Position numbers and translations under genes: made by a program. DNA of 64,000 nucleotides from Deferrisomatales bacterium (GTDB lineage Bacteria > Desulfobacterota > Deferrisomatia > Deferrisomatales > JACRMM01): positions 31,026 to 95,025 of the forward strand of contig JAWSUI010000005.1 of the NCBI GenBank assembly GCA_033551855.1, written 5' to 3'. This document shows positions 59,784 to 64,000 of this stretch, one piece after another (within the stretch, counting starts at the first letter, position 1; every line of letters begins with the position of its first letter). Below the pieces are notes generated by a model, which was not told where the DNA came from, did not search any database, and saw only the letters and a list, made by a program, of their open reading frames with translations.

Positions 59784-60605
59784 TCAGGGAAGGATCTCCC
59801 AGGTGCCGTCCGCGGCGCGACACGCCACGCCCCGTGCCTCCAACTCGCCCCCCTGGAGCGCCACGACGTGCCGGAACTCACGGCACCGCCCCACGCCGTC
59901 CAGATCCCGGATGGGGGTTACGGTGGTCTCGGCTCCGGTTCGGGGGTCCGTCCAGCGGCCCGGCTGCCCCACCGCGTTCCCTTCCAACACGCTCGCCACG
60001 CGCGGGAACGCCGTGCCCGGCCGGCCGTCCTCGACGGCCCGGGATTCCCCGGGCTTCCCCGGGTCGTCCCGGTCGGGCCGGTACACCCTCGCGCCGGGCC
60101 CCTCACCTCGGTGCACGACCCCTCCATAGGGGTCCACGCCGTACGGGCCATAGGGATCGACCGAATAGCCGGGCGCAACCGTGTAGCCGTAGGATCGGAT
60201 CCGGATCGGCGCCGCGCGGCTCCTCCCGGTGTGGAACCGCCCCCGGACCCTGTCCTCGAAGAAGGACCCCTGCTGGTGAGGAAGAACCGGTCGACTGTGG
60301 ACCGGGACCGCGAACACCGGGCCCGGCCGCCTATCGCGGTGCACCTGCCACGCCGGGTGGGGTGCGAGCGGCTCATGGCCCCGGAAGAAGGACACGCCGC
60401 CCACCCCCGCCGGGGCCGTTCCGCCCCGCGGGAAGCCGCCGACAACACGGCCTCCGGCCTGTCGGGCCGGGCCGACCACGACCTCCACACTGCCCCGGCC
60501 AAACACCGACTCCCCGGTGCCCCTGGCCTGGGCCCATGCCGTCGCGCCGGACATCGCCACCGCGGCGATCAGAAACCCAATCGTCAACACCCAACTGCGC
60601 ATCAT
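59784..60605 (-). CDS. Secreted protein with C-terminal surface-antigen-like domain
   Basis: ORF 59784..60782 trimmed to MMRSWVLTIGFLIAAVAMSGATAWAQA (signal peptide). The C-terminus GRWTDPRTG...GRCREFRHVV...GVACRAADGTWEI resembles the 17-kDa surface antigen/COG4520 domain. The Arg/Gly/Pro-rich middle makes this call less certain. Confidence 0.6.
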   Translation of the reverse strand: MMRSWVLTIGFLIAAVAMSGATAWAQARGTGESVFGRGSVEVVVGPARQAGGRVVGGFPRGGTAPAGVGGVSFFRGHEPLAPHPAWQVHRDRRPGPVFAVPVHSRPVLPHQQGSFFEDRVRGRFHTGRSRAAPIRIRSYGYTVAPGYSVDPYGPYGVDPYGGVVHRGEGPGARVYRPDRDDPGKPGESRAVEDGRPGTAFPRVASVLEGNAVGQPGRWTDPRTGAETTVTPIRDLDGVGRCREFRHVVALQGGELEARGVACRAADGTWEILP

Positions 60606-61056
60606 TTTGCTCACCCCCTTTCGACACCTCTTCGATGCGCGGGCTCCGCGGCGGGGTTCACCCGGCCGAGGCCATGGGTGTGGTTCGGGAGGCCGAAGGC
60701 CAACCGGGGTGACCGGCGCGTGGGCCCGACCATCGCGAGGCGCAGCGCGCTCGGCCACCACCCCCCAACCAACCCACGTCATTCACGAAGGGCGCAACAA
60801 CACACACCCCATTTTACGGACGAACTCCTCCTTGGAAAGCCGATGAGGTTGTACACCATCCCCCGGCGCGGACAAAGGAAAGGGGCCGCCTGCGTCCCGC
60901 CGGGACCCAGTGCTTTCGGCAGGCACGGGAAGAACGGTACACTCACGCCCCGAGCCGCTTCGCATGCGAGCCGTGTGGGCGGCGCTGCCGCACCGTTCGA
61001 AAGGCAATCGAGAAGGGGGCCCCGAGGAGCGGCATCAGGGCACGGGAATCAGGCGA

Positions 61057-61142
61057 GCCCGGGTGGTGGAACGGCAGACACAGGGGACTTAAAATCCCCA
61101 GGCCGAGAGGCCGTGCGGGTTCGAATCCCGCCCCGGGCACCA
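61057..61142 (+). tRNA. tRNA-Leu (anticodon UAA), CCA encoded
   Basis: Acceptor stem GCCCGGG/CCCGGGC. Anticodon stem-loop GGGGA-CTTAAAA-TCCCC. Long variable arm GGCCGAGAGGCC. T-arm GCGGGTTCGAATCCCGC. Discriminator A plus CCA. Coordinates may be off by 1 nt. Confidence 0.93.
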
Positions 61143-61191
61143 CCAATAGGAACAAGGTTCATCCGGGAAACGACCGGGGCCACGTGCCTGG

Positions 61192-61216
61192 GGACGATCG
61201 GGTGGGCCCGGCCACG
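61192..61216 (+). repeat. Solo copy of the 17588-17749 element arm (GGACGATCGGGTGGGCCCGGCCACGG)
   Basis: Matches both arms of the TIR element; lies 50 nt downstream of tRNA-Leu. Confidence 0.6.
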
Positions 61217-61282
61217 GCCGAAAATACGGTTCCGAACGCGTACGAAGTCGAGGTGAGCCTCGAGGCGAAGCCGTTCTGCAAG

Positions 61283-64000
61283 TCAACCCCGACTTGCCTC
61301 CCTCGCCCCCTGGAAAAACCTCTCCATCCCGGTCAACTCCCCTTGCAGCTCCTCGATGAGGTCAGCCGCCTCCTCCAGCTCGCCGCTCTCCCCCAGGGCC
61401 TCCAGTCGCGCACAGAGTTCTGCCACCCGCTTCGCGTCGAAGAGAAGTGCGGAGCCCCGCAGCGTGTGCGCCGCCGCAGCCAATCCCGATCCGTCCCCGC
61501 GGGCCAGAGCGGCCCGCATGGCGGTTACCCGCTCGGACGTCGTCTTGCGGAAGACCTCCACCAGCTTCCAAGCCTTGTCGAGAGGCAGCCGTCCCAGCCA
61601 GTCCTCGAGACGCCGCGCCAGGTCCTCCCGCTGCTCGGGCGGCGCGTCGGAGGCCAGCCCCCCGGCACCGACCGTCGGCCCGCTCATCCAGCCGGCCAAG
61701 ATCGCGTCGAGCGCGTACGGGTCGAAGGGCTTGCACAGGTAGTCATCCATGCCGGCCCCCAGGAAGCGCTCCCTGTCCCCCCGCAACGCGTGGGCCGTGA
61801 GGGCCACGATCGGGAGGTTCTTCCGAACGCCGGGGACTTCGCCTCGCCGGATCCGGCGGGCCGCCTCCAACCCGTCGATTTCGGGCATCTGCACGTCCAT
61901 GAGCACCCCGTCAACGTGCCCCTGGGCCAGTTCCTCCAGCGCTTCCCGCCCGTTCGACGCCTCCGTCACGGAGTGTCCCCGGCTTTCGAGCAGGGTGCGC
62001 ACGAACAACCGATTCACCACGTTGTCTTCTGCGAGAAGGACCCGCAGGGAACGAACCGGCGGGGGAGTGCCGCGTCTCGGCTCGTGGGCGCCGGCGGTAT
62101 CCCCGGTTTCGCAGCACTCGAGCTCGGCCGTGAAGACGAACAGGCTCCCCTCTCCCGGGGTGCTCTCCACCCGGATCTCGCCCCCCATGAGCTCCACCAG
62201 GTGCTTGGCGATGGACAGGCCGAGGCCGGTCCCGCCGTATCGGGAGTGGGTCGACCGCGTGGCGGCGGAGAAGCTGTCGAAGAGGAGACCCAGGTTTTCG
62301 GCGGGGATGCCGATGCCGGTATCCCGCACGGCGAAGCACAGGCGCACCGTGGCAGGGCCCGCGGACTCTCGGGCGCTGCCGCACTGGATCCGACTCCCCG
62401 TCGGGGCCCCTGCCCCCTCCGCCTGCGCGAACCCGACGGTTACCTCCACCTCACCACGAGCCGTGAACTTGATCGCGTTGGCCACCAGGTTGGTGAGCAC
62501 TTGGCGAAGACGCCCCTCATCCCCCCTCAGCGCATCCGGGATTCCCGCATCGACGTGGTGCGAGAGCCGCAGCCCTTTCTCGTGCGCGCCAACGCCCAGG
62601 GTGGAGACCATTTCCTCCATGAGGCGCCGCAGGTGGAAAGGCGCAGTGTCGAGCTCCGCCTTCCCGGCCTCGATCCTCGAGAGGTCCAAGATGTCGTTGA
62701 TGATGTCGAGCAGGTTCTTCGCCGACTGCTTGGCAAGCCGCAGGTACTGCGCCGGTTTGGCCGGCACCCCTTCCAGGAGGGCCAGCTCGGTCATGCCCAT
62801 GACCCCGTTCATCGGGGTGCGGATCTCGTGGCTCATCCGGGCGAGGAAGTCGCTCTTCGCCCGGTTGGCCGCTTGCGCCTCCCCCGCGGCCTTCCCGAGG
62901 GCCTCCTGCGTCTTGACCAGCTCGTCGATGTTCAGCGCCGTGCCGAACCAGCGGATGATCTGCCCCGCCTCGTCGCGAATCGGGTTGGCCCGCACCTTGA
63001 ACCACTCGTAGACGCCGTCGTGTCGCCGCACCCGGTACTCGAGATCGTAGGGGGCGCGCTCCTCGACGGCGGCCCGCCAGGCGGCGAAGGCCCGGGGCTG
63101 GTCCTCCGGGTGCAGGAGCCGGCTCCAACCGTCGCCGAGATGTTCCTTCATCGGCACACCGGTGAAGTCGATCCATTGCTGGCTCTGGTAGTCGCAGTAC
63201 CCGTCGGGTCTCGTCGTGAACACCATGCCCGGGATGGACTCGAGCGCCTGCCGGTGGAACGACTCGCTCTCCCGCAGCGACGCCTCGGCCCGGCGTCTCT
63301 CGGTGATGTCGCGCACCACGCTGACCAGGCAGCGCTCGCCGTTGATGATCGCCCCCCGGGCGCTCACCTCCACCGGAAAGGTGGTTGCGTCCCTGCGCCG
63401 GTGCACGGTCTCGAAGAGGGCGCCCCGGGCGCTCGCGTCGGCCATTTGCTCCGCCGCCATCCCCCGCGCATCGGGCGCGCGCAGGTCCTGGATCGACAGG
63501 GCGAGCAGCTCCGCGCGTGTGTACCCGTATGCCGCTACCGCGGCGGCGTTGGCCTCGAGGACGCGCCAGTCGCCCCCCCGCAGGAACAAGATGATGTCCC
63601 GGCTCTGCTCGGCCAGCAACTCGTAGCGGCGAAGCGCCTCCTCCGTCCGCTTGCGCTCGGTGACGTCCAGGAAGACGACCCCGAACCGTTCCGGCTCGGT
63701 GCGGTAGGCGTGCACCTCGTACCAGCGGCCCAGCGCCTCGCTGTACGATTCGAAGTGCGCGGGCTCGCCGGTGAGGGCCACGCGGCCGAAACGCTCGATC
63801 CAGAGAGACTCGATGCCGGGCAGGACCTCCCGCGCGGTGCGCCCCACCACGTCCGCGGCCCGAAGCCCGGTCTGGCGCTCGAACGCGGCATTCACCAAGA
63901 GGAACCGATAGTCGGCGGGATTGCCGTCGGCGTCACGGAGGAGCTCGTGGAGCGCGAAGCCCTCGCCCATGGTCTCGAAGAGCCTTCGGAAGCGCTCTTC
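61283..64000 (-). CDS. Hybrid sensor histidine kinase (PAS x3, HisKA/HATPase, REC, Hpt), N-terminus beyond window
   Basis: ORF 61283..63970. The frame stays open to the window edge (..[21 protein letters not shown], i.e. mid-PAS). [20 protein letters not shown]-box, REC VLLAEDN..., C-terminal Hpt (AHTLRGSAL). Confidence 0.92.
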   Translation of the reverse strand, partial: EERFRRLFETMGEGFALHELLRDADGNPADYRFLLVNAAFERQTGLRAADVVGRTAREVLPGIESLWIERFGRVALTGEPAHFESYSEALGRWYEVHAYRTEPERFGVVFLDVTERKRTEEALRRYELLAEQSRDIILFLRGGDWRVLEANAAAVAAYGYTRAELLALSIQDLRAPDARGMAAEQMADASARGALFETVHRRRDATTFPVEVSARGAIINGERCLVSVVRDITERRRAEASLRESESFHRQALESIPGMVFTTRPDGYCDYQSQQWIDFTGVPMKEHLGDGWSRLLHPEDQPRAFAAWRAAVEERAPYDLEYRVRRHDGVYEWFKVRANPIRDEAGQIIRWFGTALNIDELVKTQEALGKAAGEAQAANRAKSDFLARMSHEIRTPMNGVMGMTELALLEGVPAKPAQYLRLAKQSAKNLLDIINDILDLSRIEAGKAELDTAPFHLRRLMEEMVSTLGVGAHEKGLRLSHHVDAGIPDALRGDEGRLRQVLTNLVANAIKFTARGEVEVTVGFAQAEGAGAPTGSRIQCGSARESAGPATVRLCFAVRDTGIGIPAENLGLLFDSFSAATRSTHSRYGGTGLGLSIAKHLVELMGGEIRVESTPGEGSLFVFTAELECCETGDTAGAHEPRRGTPPPVRSLRVLLAEDNVVNRLFVRTLLESRGHSVTEASNGREALEELAQGHVDGVLMDVQMPEIDGLEAARRIRRGEVPGVRKNLPIVALTAHALRGDRERFLGAGMDDYLCKPFDPYALDAILAGWMSGPTVGAGGLASDAPPEQREDLARRLEDWLGRLPLDKAWKLVEVFRKTTSERVTAMRAALARGDGSGLAAAAHTLRGSALLFDAKRVAELCARLEALGESGELEEAADLIEELQGELTGMERFFQGAREASRG

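Noticed and set aside
60943-61155. 70-aa minus-strand ORF containing GAGFEPA
   Set aside because: It is the antisense translation of the tRNA-Leu T-arm and acceptor region, a well-known artefact.
61057-61300. Genomic island or prophage integrated at tRNA-Leu
   Set aside because: There is no integrase, no direct repeat of the tRNA 3' end and no compositional break. The flanking genes are ordinary signalling and envelope genes.

Overview
High-GC chromosomal window (about two-thirds G+C by eye) from a Gram-negative, probably anaerobic bacterium. Gene content looks Geobacter/Desulfuromonas-like, but that placement is inference only. I call about 45 protein genes and one tRNA-Leu(UAA); all other long ORFs in the track are Pro/Arg/Gly-rich shadows of real genes. 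Content is mostly core metabolism. Left to right: miaA-mutL, a porin, a flavin oxidoreductase, a two-component pair, a DMT transporter, an RND/MFP efflux pair, an ABC exporter, msrA, an arginyltransferase-family gene and lepA. Then a 13-gene complex I operon, a Nudix hydrolase and acetoacetyl-CoA synthetase, followed by a SAM-cycle operon (metK, PfkB kinase, ahcY, orphan methyltransferase). The right end holds an OYE/isochorismatase/thioesterase/methyltransferase cluster, acs, an archaeal-type PEP carboxylase and two large hybrid histidine kinases. No cas genes, integrases, transposases, toxins or recognisable defence genes are present. The most interesting signals are these. (1) In the nuo operon, nuoE/F/G are replaced by a GltD-type flavoprotein and a selenocysteine FdhA/NuoG-type molybdoenzyme; the ORF track splits the latter at an in-frame TGA that has an fdhF-like SECIS. 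(2) Two inverted copies of a roughly 210-nt highly structured element bracket the SAM-cycle module. (3) The intergenic DNA is unusually rich in short repeats: a TIR hairpin element, G/C hairpins, REP clusters, and 6-, 7- and 9-nt periodic arrays. It also contains an orphan terminator that suggests a small RNA. Coordinates of hand-counted motifs may be off by 1 nt, especially around 60.5-61.3 kb, where my base count and the ORF-track frames disagreed by one position.
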